A stretch of 64,000 bases of DNA, taken from IMG/VR virus record IMGVR_UViG_3300025646_000037, positions 1,199-65,198 of that record; one strand, given 5' to 3'. The DNA is from a virus. Its lineage: Duplodnaviria > Caudoviricetes. The position numbers and the translations under genes were made by a program. This document shows positions 1 to 9,523 of the stretch, one piece after another. Positions within the stretch are counted from its first letter, which is position 1; every line of letters starts with the position of its first letter. The notes under the pieces are model-generated. The model worked only from the letters and a program-made list of their open reading frames with translations. It was not told the origin of the DNA and did not search any database.

Positions 1-49
1 ATGCTCGTTCTAACTTGATTCTGTTAATTAGATTGCGTAACCATTTCAT
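1..49 (-). CDS. Small basic hypothetical protein, 5' part only (runs off window)
   Basis: Manual translation from ATG at 49 gives MKWLRNLINRIKLERA with no stop; overlaps the end of the upstream gene like the rest of this operon. Confidence 0.45.
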   Translation of the reverse strand, partial: MKWLRNLINRIKLERA

Positions 50-815
50 TGAAGGTGTCCCTTATAAGTTCTGCGGCATCCTTATGTGCCGACTCCTGTG
101 GATGTGTTGTATACATAGGATATTTATTTTCTACTGCCCACTGATAAAAACCTCTTGGTGCCACAGTCTCACCTTGATGACTGCCTTTGGGGAACCAGTA
201 AAACTTTGACCAGTCTATACTGTAATAAACAGCGGCAATAGTATCGTCTGTGTGTAAGTTGTAGTTGTCCATTATACAGTTATCAACTGCTGTAAACATA
301 TAGGGTATGCCCACAATTTTTAGGAACATTTGCAAATATAGAATCTCTTTAAGAGTGCTATACTGCGCCCAGTAGTTATTTGATCCTACATGTTTATAAA
401 AAGTGTCTGCAAACTCTGCTGTCCCAGACTCTATTGCTGTTACTGTGTGTTCTTTATGCATATCAAGTTGATCTTCATCTTGAGTAAAGAACATATCTGT
501 TACATCTTGTTTAGTTGTCCAGGGAGTAATTGTATGCCAGGGACTTTTACGTTGTCCTGTATCATAGTCAAACTGAAACTCGTACCTGCCGGGGAAAGTC
601 CACTGTACAATCACACCACATTTACCTACCTGACTAATCTTGTTTATAACTGTACGGGCAATAGCATCGTTACTATAGCCTCCCCAGGCTACACAATGGT
701 AATCATGCTCTTTTGCTAATAGTGCGGGCCACGTACTTAGGCTGTGATCTACGTTGTCACAGTCTTTTAGTTCGCTACCAAAAACTAAACTACAACCGCC
801 TGCTACTATAATCAT
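24..815 (-). CDS. SGNH/GDSL-like hydrolase or acyltransferase fold protein
   Basis: N-terminal GCSLVFG (GDS-like block I), GxSN block, C-terminal HPxxxxH. Confidence 0.55.
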   Translation of the reverse strand: MIIVAGGCSLVFGSELKDCDNVDHSLSTWPALLAKEHDYHCVAWGGYSNDAIARTVINKISQVGKCGVIVQWTFPGRYEFQFDYDTGQRKSPWHTITPWTTKQDVTDMFFTQDEDQLDMHKEHTVTAIESGTAEFADTFYKHVGSNNYWAQYSTLKEILYLQMFLKIVGIPYMFTAVDNCIMDNYNLHTDDTIAAVYYSIDWSKFYWFPKGSHQGETVAPRGFYQWAVENKYPMYTTHPQESAHKDAAELIRDTFNEMVTQSN

Positions 816-1944
816 AACCTGGTTTCATCATTTCTATTTGATTGTGTTTGTAGTCATGGTCTGACCAACAATAGTCAAACTCTCCAACTACATCATCTAT
901 TTCTATTCTTGCTATGTCTAAGTGTTTGCTTAGGTGTTGCCATACAGTTTGTGGATGTACGGTACCAAATGCTGAACGTAGATCAATCTCGCCTAAGTGT
1001 AAGTATCCTAGACTTAGTGAGCTATCTTCTGGATTCATGTTGTTGTCATCTAGCCACTTGTCAAACTCTGCCATTTGTTTGTTGTGCCATTCAAAGTCGC
1101 CTCCACGAACTATGTCAACACCCCACTCTACATCAAACTCACCTGACCAATACTGTAAGTGTGTGATTGCTTCACATACTGTGTCTGTCAGTTTGGGTGC
1201 GTGTTCGTCTCTAAACACTTCCATTAGTGTTTTGCCTATTTGTGTCCAGTGCATATAGACATTACCAAACTTTCTGTCGTAGCCGTTGTCTAAAAAACCT
1301 TGTCTATGTTCACTGCGTAACTTAAATCTATCTGCATGCAGGAATGTTGTTATTTGACTAGGTCGGACAAATTGTGGAGTAGTTGCCAGTTTACGTTGAC
1401 TTAGCACTAGACTTTCTAGTTCGTGACAGATATTGTTTAACTGTCTAATAGCATACTTTGTTTCGTAGTCTGCTACCTTATAGTACTCGCTAAGTCCTTC
1501 TACTGTGCCTTGTAGTACTTCAAAGTGATTGTGCAACTTGTTCATTACTTCATGCTTGATGCCTAGTCCTAGATTAGCATCATCATACCCTACAGGATAC
1601 TCGTCGCCAAAACGTACTACGTCAGGAGTAAAGTAATCTTCAATTACATAACTGTCTAGTCCCATGTGTTGCCACTGTCCACTAGCATTGAACATGTTAA
1701 TTTGAAATACTACTTGGTTAAGTTCATTGCATAGATAGTTTAAGTTACGTGGACTATGTGGGAAGCCCATAAAACAAAAGTTTTTCTCTAATAACTTTTT
1801 ATTACGCAACTCATGCTTCAGTGCTGATCGCCAGTCTTGTGCAAGTCTGGTATCATTTAAGATAATGTCGTAGTCTAGTGTTTGTTTCTTCTGAAACGGA
1901 TTGCGCAGTACTACTTTAACTTTGGATTGATTCCCACCACTCAT
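790..1944 (-). CDS. Hypothetical protein, possible metalloenzyme
   Basis: 384-aa ORF overlapping both neighbours; LHNHFE and ICHELE His/Glu motifs. Confidence 0.6.
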   Translation of the reverse strand: MSGGNQSKVKVVLRNPFQKKQTLDYDIILNDTRLAQDWRSALKHELRNKKLLEKNFCFMGFPHSPRNLNYLCNELNQVVFQINMFNASGQWQHMGLDSYVIEDYFTPDVVRFGDEYPVGYDDANLGLGIKHEVMNKLHNHFEVLQGTVEGLSEYYKVADYETKYAIRQLNNICHELESLVLSQRKLATTPQFVRPSQITTFLHADRFKLRSEHRQGFLDNGYDRKFGNVYMHWTQIGKTLMEVFRDEHAPKLTDTVCEAITHLQYWSGEFDVEWGVDIVRGGDFEWHNKQMAEFDKWLDDNNMNPEDSSLSLGYLHLGEIDLRSAFGTVHPQTVWQHLSKHLDIARIEIDDVVGEFDYCWSDHDYKHNQIEMMKPGYDYSSRRL

Positions 1945-3235
1945 GTACTTCTGGTCTCTCTTTTAGAATATCATTTATAGTTATAGAACTTTCACGTATA
2001 GACTCTAATTGTAGCATACGACGTTTACCTTTTGCAAGTCCTTGTTCGTATTGATCGGGCCATTGTTCTGCAAATGTTGGTCTGTTTTTAAGTTGTTCTA
2101 GTACATCACGTAGTGCGCCTGTTGTTTTTGGTGTTAATTCATCCACCCATTTATCCAATACAGTCCTTGGCAATGCTAGTGGGCTCATAACAATATCTGG
2201 TGTAAAACTAAAAATAACTTTTGCTAAAATGTCTACACCATTTTGGTGTGCAAAGTCAACCATGCGTTCCACTTCAAACATACCCGGTAGTGTGAGTGTA
2301 AAGTCTACACGTAGTTGTCTACTATGCTTGGTAATGTCTTTGACTTGTTTAAAGTTTTCTACCCATTGTTTCCAGTTTAAGCCTGTACGTATATATTCAC
2401 CTATATCGCCAGTGCCATCAATACTTGCGCATACTTGCCAGTCACGTAGTTTAGTTAATATGTCACTACACAAGTTTGTGCCTTTGTAGTTGACTCTACT
2501 TAGGTTAGTGTTATAACGTGCGTAGACTTTTGGGCCATCACCTTGTTCTACTATCTGCTTCATGTACTTCCAATGTTGCTCGTACATTAAAGGTTCACCA
2601 CCTACCCAATATATTTCTTCTACTCTGCTTTCGTTAACTGCTTGTGCAAACTCACGTTCTATTTGTTCGTCTTGGTACTTAGATATCTGTTTGCGTATCT
2701 CTGGTTTCATCCAGTTGTTTTTAGGATTGGACCAGTCCACCATTTCATGCTGTCGTTGTTCTGTTTCCCAACTAGAACTTAACATGTCTCCACAAGTACG
2801 ACATTTAAAGTTACAGAGGTTACTAAATCTATAATCAAAACTAATCGGCTTCATTGATGTAGATCCATCGTAGCTGGTCATCCAGGACACACTACTGAAC
2901 TTGTGCTTAAACAAGTTCCAAAAATAATCACGATATACATCTGTGTTTAATAATTTATTATTACATACTTCACACTCGGGTAGGGTCTCCCCATGCATCA
3001 TTCTTCTGCGTACACTACGCATGTGTTCGCCGTTCCACCATTCTTCTAGTGACTCTGGCGTATACTCGCCGGTACCTGCTTTGGTATCTATGTATTGTTC
3101 GAAGTTTTGAGCAGGCTCCCTAGAAGCACAACACATACGACGTTCAGTTTGTGGACTAAGATAAGTGTGAGTCCAGGGAGCCATACAGAAGCTAGGACTT
3201 GGTTCTGTTAAGTATTTTAACGGAAACACTTTCAT
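1916..3235 (-). CDS. Radical SAM protein with N-terminal twitch/SPASM-like domain (type A)
   Basis: CNFKCRTC (CxxxCxxC), GGEP, YNTN; N-terminal CxxPW...CC...CxxC. Confidence 0.9.
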   Translation of the reverse strand: MKVFPLKYLTEPSPSFCMAPWTHTYLSPQTERRMCCASREPAQNFEQYIDTKAGTGEYTPESLEEWWNGEHMRSVRRRMMHGETLPECEVCNNKLLNTDVYRDYFWNLFKHKFSSVSWMTSYDGSTSMKPISFDYRFSNLCNFKCRTCGDMLSSSWETEQRQHEMVDWSNPKNNWMKPEIRKQISKYQDEQIEREFAQAVNESRVEEIYWVGGEPLMYEQHWKYMKQIVEQGDGPKVYARYNTNLSRVNYKGTNLCSDILTKLRDWQVCASIDGTGDIGEYIRTGLNWKQWVENFKQVKDITKHSRQLRVDFTLTLPGMFEVERMVDFAHQNGVDILAKVIFSFTPDIVMSPLALPRTVLDKWVDELTPKTTGALRDVLEQLKNRPTFAEQWPDQYEQGLAKGKRRMLQLESIRESSITINDILKERPEVHEWWESIQS

Positions 3236-3243
3236 ATTCGTAT

Positions 3244-4617
3244 TTACACTATTAGGTAGGGAAATAGCACTCTCCAGTTAGTTTGTCTACGTCTATCCAG
3301 TTCGTCCAGATATACGTGTAGATTTTCAATTTGTTTATAGTCGTGCGTTGTGTGACTTTTAAGTTGCGCTTCAAGTCCTTGTAGTCTAGTGAACACTTCT
3401 TTTTGCTCTGTTGTATCTGATCGCATCACGCTATAGATAGATTTAAAATCTTCTTCCCACATATCGTAAGCAAATATTTTAGGGTGCTGGTACTGCTCTG
3501 GACCTATATAAAATTCAAAGTAATGTCCTATGTGCTTTTGCTGATTGTATTTGTTTACAACTTTAATTAGTTCAGGCATAGTTTTAATAGTCATATTAGT
3601 GATTGACTGATTAATGTTCAGTGTTAGCCAATCTCCTTGTTCACTGGCCCATGCTAATCTTTGTTCAAATAGTTCTAAGTCTAATCCATATCTGACATAT
3701 TGCTGTTGTGGGCCCCAGCAGTCAATACTTGCTGTAAGGTCAAATCCTTTTATAGGCAAGTTACGTATTCTTTCTATGTACAACTGCCAGTATTTTTCTG
3801 GAGCATTCATATTACTGAAGATACATAACTTTAAATCTTTATTGGGTTTACGTTCTAATATGTCTAAAACGTCCGTCATTAATTTATGCTGTATAAACGT
3901 CTCACCGCCAAGTAGGTGTAGTCTACGTAAGTGATGTACATTATCGGTTAACCATTCTAAAAATTTAGCGTATAACTCTTTGTTATCTTGTTTATTTGTT
4001 AGTGTATCTTTTAGCCAAACACCCTTTTGCCTAAACTCTCCGTATCTGTGGTTCTCTTGTTCAATCTTGCTACTTAGATTACTGTTACAATATATACAAC
4101 TTAAGTTACAAGTATTGTCAGCAAATATTTCTTGTATTCTTTGTGTCACTACAACTGCATTTAAATCTCCATTTTCAACTTCCTCAGGCGTTAATCCTGG
4201 TATGAGATTATTATGATGCCTATCACTATGCCCACCGGCTTGTTCAATATCTCTACAATATTCACAGCCACCTCCAGGCCAACGACCTTCTAACATGTCC
4301 TTACGTGCTTGTATTTTGTTTGGACCATTATGTAAATTAAAATCTTTTACACTAACTTTATCCCAGCCTGCTCTATGGCAACTACTGGCTGTGCCTTCAT
4401 TTAACCATAGCGTGTTCCAGGTCCATTTGCTCTGACATGCAGTCGTAGTTTTAATAGGAAAATACTTTCCTTGTGTACAAAACATTTCAGTAAATTCGTC
4501 TAACTCTTTGTCTACTTCACTTATGCCTGTGTAAGCGCCTGATAGATATTCGTCCCAAGAAGGCCAACTGTCCCCTCGGTGCGCATTGTAGTCATTAATG
4601 TCTATCTTGTCTCTCAT
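3244..4617 (-). CDS. Radical SAM protein with N-terminal twitch-like domain (type B)
   Basis: CNLSCIYC, GGET; N-terminal CxxKW...SCH...CEYC. Confidence 0.9.
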   Translation of the reverse strand: MRDKIDINDYNAHRGDSWPSWDEYLSGAYTGISEVDKELDEFTEMFCTQGKYFPIKTTTACQSKWTWNTLWLNEGTASSCHRAGWDKVSVKDFNLHNGPNKIQARKDMLEGRWPGGGCEYCRDIEQAGGHSDRHHNNLIPGLTPEEVENGDLNAVVVTQRIQEIFADNTCNLSCIYCNSNLSSKIEQENHRYGEFRQKGVWLKDTLTNKQDNKELYAKFLEWLTDNVHHLRRLHLLGGETFIQHKLMTDVLDILERKPNKDLKLCIFSNMNAPEKYWQLYIERIRNLPIKGFDLTASIDCWGPQQQYVRYGLDLELFEQRLAWASEQGDWLTLNINQSITNMTIKTMPELIKVVNKYNQQKHIGHYFEFYIGPEQYQHPKIFAYDMWEEDFKSIYSVMRSDTTEQKEVFTRLQGLEAQLKSHTTHDYKQIENLHVYLDELDRRRQTNWRVLFPYLIV

Positions 4618-5288
4618 GATATTAGGTTATAATAATAGTCTGCTACTCGTTCGTGTACGTCAGTGTCTTGTATGTGATAGTAGGGTCTGTGTTTTTTCGT
4701 AGTGTAGTAGTCCCACAAGTTAAATGCACTCTTATGTGCTATATAGTTTTCAAAATATGCAGTAGAACTTGCGCCTGTAAAGTTAGTATTCTCAAAGCCA
4801 CCTTGATCAAACACAAAAGGTATATTGCTGTCGACCAAATGTTGTAGTGTTGCTTCACATATTAGTTTACTTTTGTATATACTAACATCTAAATCAAAGA
4901 AGTTTTTGTGGTATTCTGTTAGTAACTTTAACTGTGAGTCACTTAAGATAGTTGTGTTATCTAGGCTAAAGATGCTATAACTTGTAAGGTCCGTATCAGT
5001 ACTGGGATCAGCAATGTTAGTATAACGTTGTGACATATCTTTTAGACTAGCAACTGTATGCGGTATATCTTCTCTTGTACTTGTGGTCATTAGATATATT
5101 ATGTAGTCGGGCTTTTGTTTAATAGCGTGGTCTACTTGTGTAGATATTTGTAAGTTACTTGCGCACACTCTAGACAAGTTGGTGACTTGCCAGTTGGATA
5201 ACTTTTTAATTAAAATATCTACCCAACACGCACCGTACTCAGGATCACTATATCCAAAACTGTCACCACAAATGTAAAGGTTTTTCAT
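4614..5288 (-). CDS. SGNH/GDSL-like protein
   Basis: N-terminal ICGDSFG, ASN block, C-terminal His. Confidence 0.55.
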   Translation of the reverse strand: MKNLYICGDSFGYSDPEYGACWVDILIKKLSNWQVTNLSRVCASNLQISTQVDHAIKQKPDYIIYLMTTSTREDIPHTVASLKDMSQRYTNIADPSTDTDLTSYSIFSLDNTTILSDSQLKLLTEYHKNFFDLDVSIYKSKLICEATLQHLVDSNIPFVFDQGGFENTNFTGASSTAYFENYIAHKSAFNLWDYYTTKKHRPYYHIQDTDVHERVADYYYNLIS

Positions 5289-5940
5289 TAAAATAGTTAT
5301 CTATTGCGTCAAGTGCTTGATCTTTAGTAAACCAACAAGGCTGTATATTATATGTAGCCTGATTTTTATTACCCGGTAACAATTTAGGATAGTAACGTTC
5401 TAGTACTTCACTGTTAGCAATCGGCTCACTAAAGAAATTGTTTTCTTTTTTAGAAAACTCTAGTGTTAGTTTGCTCATATCAGTATACTGGATAGTAGTT
5501 GTAGGACAAATACTATCTAACCACTGTTGATTTTTCAAATCAAATAGAATGTTTTTTGTAATACTTGGGTGTATTAGTGTACCCAATCTTATAATAGTAT
5601 GATCCTCAATATTACTTTTTACCCATGTCTCCATAAGACGTCTGTTCATACCATATGAAGTATTTGGCTGTGCCAAACAATCTATTGTGCTGATTAGGAT
5701 AAACTTTTTAATATTGCACCTGTCTAATTCATCTAGTATTAGTAGTACGTTCTCTATATCACGTGCTGGGTCGTTTTTTACTTGTACTCTATTTCCAGTG
5801 GGAGCCGCACATACAACTAGGTCAAATTCTCTGTCCCAAAGCCTATGAGTTTGACCTGTGTTTATATAATCATCAAATTTATGCAAGCCACTTACTATAC
5901 TGCCTACGAATCCTGTATGACCTATTAGTGCGCTTGACAT
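5263..5940 (-). CDS. NAD-dependent epimerase/dehydratase-like (SDR fold) protein
   Basis: LIGHTGFVGS Rossmann motif, ISTID, YGxNR (YxxxK-like). Confidence 0.7.
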   Translation of the reverse strand: MSSALIGHTGFVGSIVSGLHKFDDYINTGQTHRLWDREFDLVVCAAPTGNRVQVKNDPARDIENVLLILDELDRCNIKKFILISTIDCLAQPNTSYGMNRRLMETWVKSNIEDHTIIRLGTLIHPSITKNILFDLKNQQWLDSICPTTTIQYTDMSKLTLEFSKKENNFFSEPIANSEVLERYYPKLLPGNKNQATYNIQPCWFTKDQALDAIDNYFNEKPLHLW

Positions 5941-6887
5941 GCAAACTCCAGTATAGGTTTAACAATCTGATTATCAATTATACCATTTAATAAACTGTCA
6001 CTATAAAAATGATTGTAATTATGTTCTATTCGTTTTTCTGTTTCTGTGTCAGTGAACATATTACTATCAGATTTAAAATCTTTATATAACCTATCTAATT
6101 CTTTTTTAATAGCTTCCATTCTAGGTACTTGGTATAAAACGTTATCGTAACTTTCATCTATAATATTATCAAATGTCTCGAATCCAACACTTCTTATACG
6201 TTTCAATATTTTATATGGACCGTAAACAATTAAAGGATGCCTGAATGCAAATGGTTTAAAAGATTTCTCGCTTATGAAGTCTCTTCTCCAAGCATCTGTT
6301 TCAGCCACAATACTAAAGTTGGTACTCGTATACCAGTCAACGTTAACATATCTTTCCCAAACAGGTGCACCCACATAGGTACCTTCATCATCTTTATTTC
6401 TATCTCCTGCTATGAAATGTCCACGTTCTACGTAACTTATTAAACTATCTTGTTTGTATTCTTCTAAGTTAGCGAACAGCCTATCTCTGTGTTCTCTTAT
6501 TTGATGCATAAGACAAAGCAAAAAACGTTTTTTGTCTTGTACAAAGTTTAAGTTTTCGTAACCAAAATATTTGTATGCTAGGATTTCGTTAGCAACAATA
6601 AAGTCATTAGACTTTAACAACATTACATTATTTGCTAAAATGCTACTACCATGATGGTCCCACATATAATCTAGTATCATTTTAAAGCCTGCATTCAACA
6701 CTTGCTCTGCTTCTTTAACTGCATCTACAGCATGACTTTGTATGTATATGTGTTCTCTAGGATTATAGTCACTTAAACTATCGCCCTTGTCCATGCGGAC
6801 TAGTTCAAACTGTTTTTGTAAATGTGGTCGCCAGATTTCTGTGTTTACAAAACTGGGTGTTCCATATGGCAGTAATAATTTAAGCAT
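5925..6887 (-). CDS. Glycosyltransferase-like protein (GT10/fucosyltransferase-like C-terminus)
   Basis: FSIVAET...FISEKSFKPF...P.IVYG resembles the GT10 YxSEK motif; GFETFD..IDESYD. Confidence 0.6.
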   Translation of the reverse strand: MLKLLLPYGTPSFVNTEIWRPHLQKQFELVRMDKGDSLSDYNPREHIYIQSHAVDAVKEAEQVLNAGFKMILDYMWDHHGSSILANNVMLLKSNDFIVANEILAYKYFGYENLNFVQDKKRFLLCLMHQIREHRDRLFANLEEYKQDSLISYVERGHFIAGDRNKDDEGTYVGAPVWERYVNVDWYTSTNFSIVAETDAWRRDFISEKSFKPFAFRHPLIVYGPYKILKRIRSVGFETFDNIIDESYDNVLYQVPRMEAIKKELDRLYKDFKSDSNMFTDTETEKRIEHNYNHFYSDSLLNGIIDNQIVKPILEFACQAH

Positions 6888-8088
6888 ATCCCATTGCTTT
6901 TGCTATCTCAGGATGTGTGTCGGTGAACTTTTCTTTACGCCATTTATCTGCTAGGTACATGCGTTCATCAAACATTTTTAATTTATTGCCAGATCCGTTT
7001 TCAATAAAACGTACGACGTTGTCTACTTCTGCCTTATACTCTGGCTTCCAGTTATGTGCTTGTAGTTTTACTTTAACTAGTGCTTGTGCTTCTGGTGTCA
7101 TATTTTTGATACACATCTCTGCAGGATCATGTAACATGTTAAAATACACATTACCAAAGCCTTGCTCGTCTGCCCAGTCTAATAGTTCATTTATATAATA
7201 AACATTTTGTATGTTAATAGTAAAGCAGAGTTGTGTAGTAATGTTAGTGACTTCTTGTTGCACTTCGTGTACTCGCTTTATAATCTCTTCTGCACGATCC
7301 CACTTAGCACCGTAGCGTTCGTATTCAAATCTTTTGCCTACATTGTCTATACTAAATGCAATATCTACTCTACCGAACTCACGCCATATGTCTACAAACT
7401 CTTCGTCCCAGGTTGTAGCATTTGTATTGTAGTGTATGTCAATATGTTTACTGTCGCCTGTTTTTATAGCAGTCTTAAGTAGATCAAAGTGTTCTTTAAT
7501 TAAGAATGGCTCACCGCCTGTAAACTCAAAGTACTTTATATTAGGCAGTAGTGTTTCCAAGTTCTGCCAAAAGTCTGGCGACTTACGAGGCCATTGACCT
7601 TCTTTTAGCATTGTACGTGCTAGGTGGTTTTTACGATCCATGTCATCAGTCAAGTAATCTATTTCTTCTTGTGCCCATTTACTTGATGACCATGAGCCAC
7701 ATATACGACACTTTAAATTACAGATATTGCCTAGTTTTAAATCTATAAACCATAACTGATCGGGTTTGTCGTTGTCCCACTCTATTTGTTTGTATAAGTC
7801 TTTAAGTCTTACAGAACTGTTAATACGTTTGCTATCTCTACCAGCATCTTCTTCTGCCCAACAACGTTTACAGGTTGCAGGCTTCTCACCACGCCTAAAC
7901 TGCTGTCGCAAGTTTTGCATGTACTCGCTGGCATATATTTCTTCTAGAGTGTGTTCTGTTAATTTGTACTTTGTGCCGTCTGGCTTTATTATTTCATCAT
8001 CAGCAAGACAGCATGGACGAGCAGTGCCAATAGGTGATGTTTCTATGCTAATCCAGGGCAAGCCACAAATAGTTTTAGGCAGTGACAT
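6880..8088 (-). CDS. Radical SAM protein with N-terminal twitch/SPASM-like domain (type A)
   Basis: CNLKCRIC, GGEP, YNTN; N-terminal CGLPW...PCC...CKRC. Confidence 0.9.
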   Translation of the reverse strand: MSLPKTICGLPWISIETSPIGTARPCCLADDEIIKPDGTKYKLTEHTLEEIYASEYMQNLRQQFRRGEKPATCKRCWAEEDAGRDSKRINSSVRLKDLYKQIEWDNDKPDQLWFIDLKLGNICNLKCRICGSWSSSKWAQEEIDYLTDDMDRKNHLARTMLKEGQWPRKSPDFWQNLETLLPNIKYFEFTGGEPFLIKEHFDLLKTAIKTGDSKHIDIHYNTNATTWDEEFVDIWREFGRVDIAFSIDNVGKRFEYERYGAKWDRAEEIIKRVHEVQQEVTNITTQLCFTINIQNVYYINELLDWADEQGFGNVYFNMLHDPAEMCIKNMTPEAQALVKVKLQAHNWKPEYKAEVDNVVRFIENGSGNKLKMFDERMYLADKWRKEKFTDTHPEIAKAMGYA

Positions 8089-9523
8089 TTAGTTCCTTGT
8101 ACTCAGGGAATGTTTCCCAAAAGTTTTCATTACGTACCTTATCTAATAGGTATACTTGTCTTTTAAAATCTGCCCAATGTTTGTAGTTGTCTGTGGCTTT
8201 TACAAAGTTGAGAACACTTCTAAAACCGTTAGATGCACGACGTAATCTATCCTTAGGTTCTAACCACGCAAGATGTTTTTCGTATGCAGGTGCAATAACT
8301 TTATCTTTAAAATCCTGTGGGAAGATGTCTGCTCTGTACCATTCAGGTGACTGACATATATTAATATTCCAGTCTTTTGCCGTTATAAGTCCCATCTGTG
8401 TCCACTCTTTGTGGAAGTCTAGAACGTGTAATACGTTCATTGAACTGATTGTTGAGCTAACATAAAAATCAACATGTGGGACTTTGGCCATCATTTGGAA
8501 TCTATTCTCCACAGTTTGTTCCCAGTCAGTACCTTTGCGCATAAGTTCTGCTCTTGCGCCGCTAGCATCTAAACTTGCGCCTACACTTACATTAGTAAAA
8601 TGTTTCCAGTAATCGTAAACGTGTTTATCTTTGTAACGCATTTCACTAAAGTTAGTATTATACTGTAATCTAATATCTGTCTTACCGTACTCTATTAGTT
8701 TCTCTAATAGATAATAGTGTTCTTTCATAATAAGTGGCTCACCGCCTGCAAAGTATACCTGCTCTAGGTATGGAATGTGTTGTTCCATTTGTTCTAGCAT
8801 GGCATCTTCATCACCAGCAGTATATTCTACACGAGCCATGTCTCTGCCTAGTACATCAGGCTTTCTACCGTATAATTTAACATGGTCATTATACCAGTTA
8901 CTACTGAAGATAGGACCACAACTGCGACAACTAAAGTTACATAAGTTACTAAACCTTACGTCCCAGTAGCGTATTTTAAATTCTGGATGTGTTCCGTCGT
9001 CTTGAGTTTTTTGTATTTCACCGACGTGATGCCCATATGACTTATTAGCATCGTATCTCATACTGAACTGCCCAACCTTCTCTTGTTCGTAACACCTTGT
9101 GCATTCCTTACATGGTTCATCATTCAACATATTACGACGTATTTGTTTGTATGGTTCTTGATTCCAAACTTCCTCCATAGTGTTTTTACGTAGGTCACCA
9201 ACGGGATGCCAGTATTCACTAAAACAACATGGATAAGCACGACCATCTGGAAAAGCGTGTTGGTGTACCCAGGGCATCATACAAAACGTTTTACTTTCAG
9301 TTAGTTTATATTGTTCATCTTTACTAAGATCGTCCCAATCGACGTGCAAAGGTAATCTGGAATTGTAATCGAATCCTATATTAAGTTTACTCGACGCTTT
9401 CTCAAGTTTAGCTAGTTCTTTCTTTATATTTTTATTAGTAAAATTACCGCTAAGATAATCTTCGTAGGAGGGCCAATTATCTCCAACAAAAGTCTCATAG
9501 GCCTGTTTGTTTAATTTATTCAT
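8075..9523 (-). CDS. Radical SAM protein with N-terminal twitch/SPASM-like domain (type A)
   Basis: CNFSCRSC, GGEP, YNTN; CMMPW...PCC...CTRC. Confidence 0.9.
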   Translation of the reverse strand: MNKLNKQAYETFVGDNWPSYEDYLSGNFTNKNIKKELAKLEKASSKLNIGFDYNSRLPLHVDWDDLSKDEQYKLTESKTFCMMPWVHQHAFPDGRAYPCCFSEYWHPVGDLRKNTMEEVWNQEPYKQIRRNMLNDEPCKECTRCYEQEKVGQFSMRYDANKSYGHHVGEIQKTQDDGTHPEFKIRYWDVRFSNLCNFSCRSCGPIFSSNWYNDHVKLYGRKPDVLGRDMARVEYTAGDEDAMLEQMEQHIPYLEQVYFAGGEPLIMKEHYYLLEKLIEYGKTDIRLQYNTNFSEMRYKDKHVYDYWKHFTNVSVGASLDASGARAELMRKGTDWEQTVENRFQMMAKVPHVDFYVSSTISSMNVLHVLDFHKEWTQMGLITAKDWNINICQSPEWYRADIFPQDFKDKVIAPAYEKHLAWLEPKDRLRRASNGFRSVLNFVKATDNYKHWADFKRQVYLLDKVRNENFWETFPEYKELNVTA

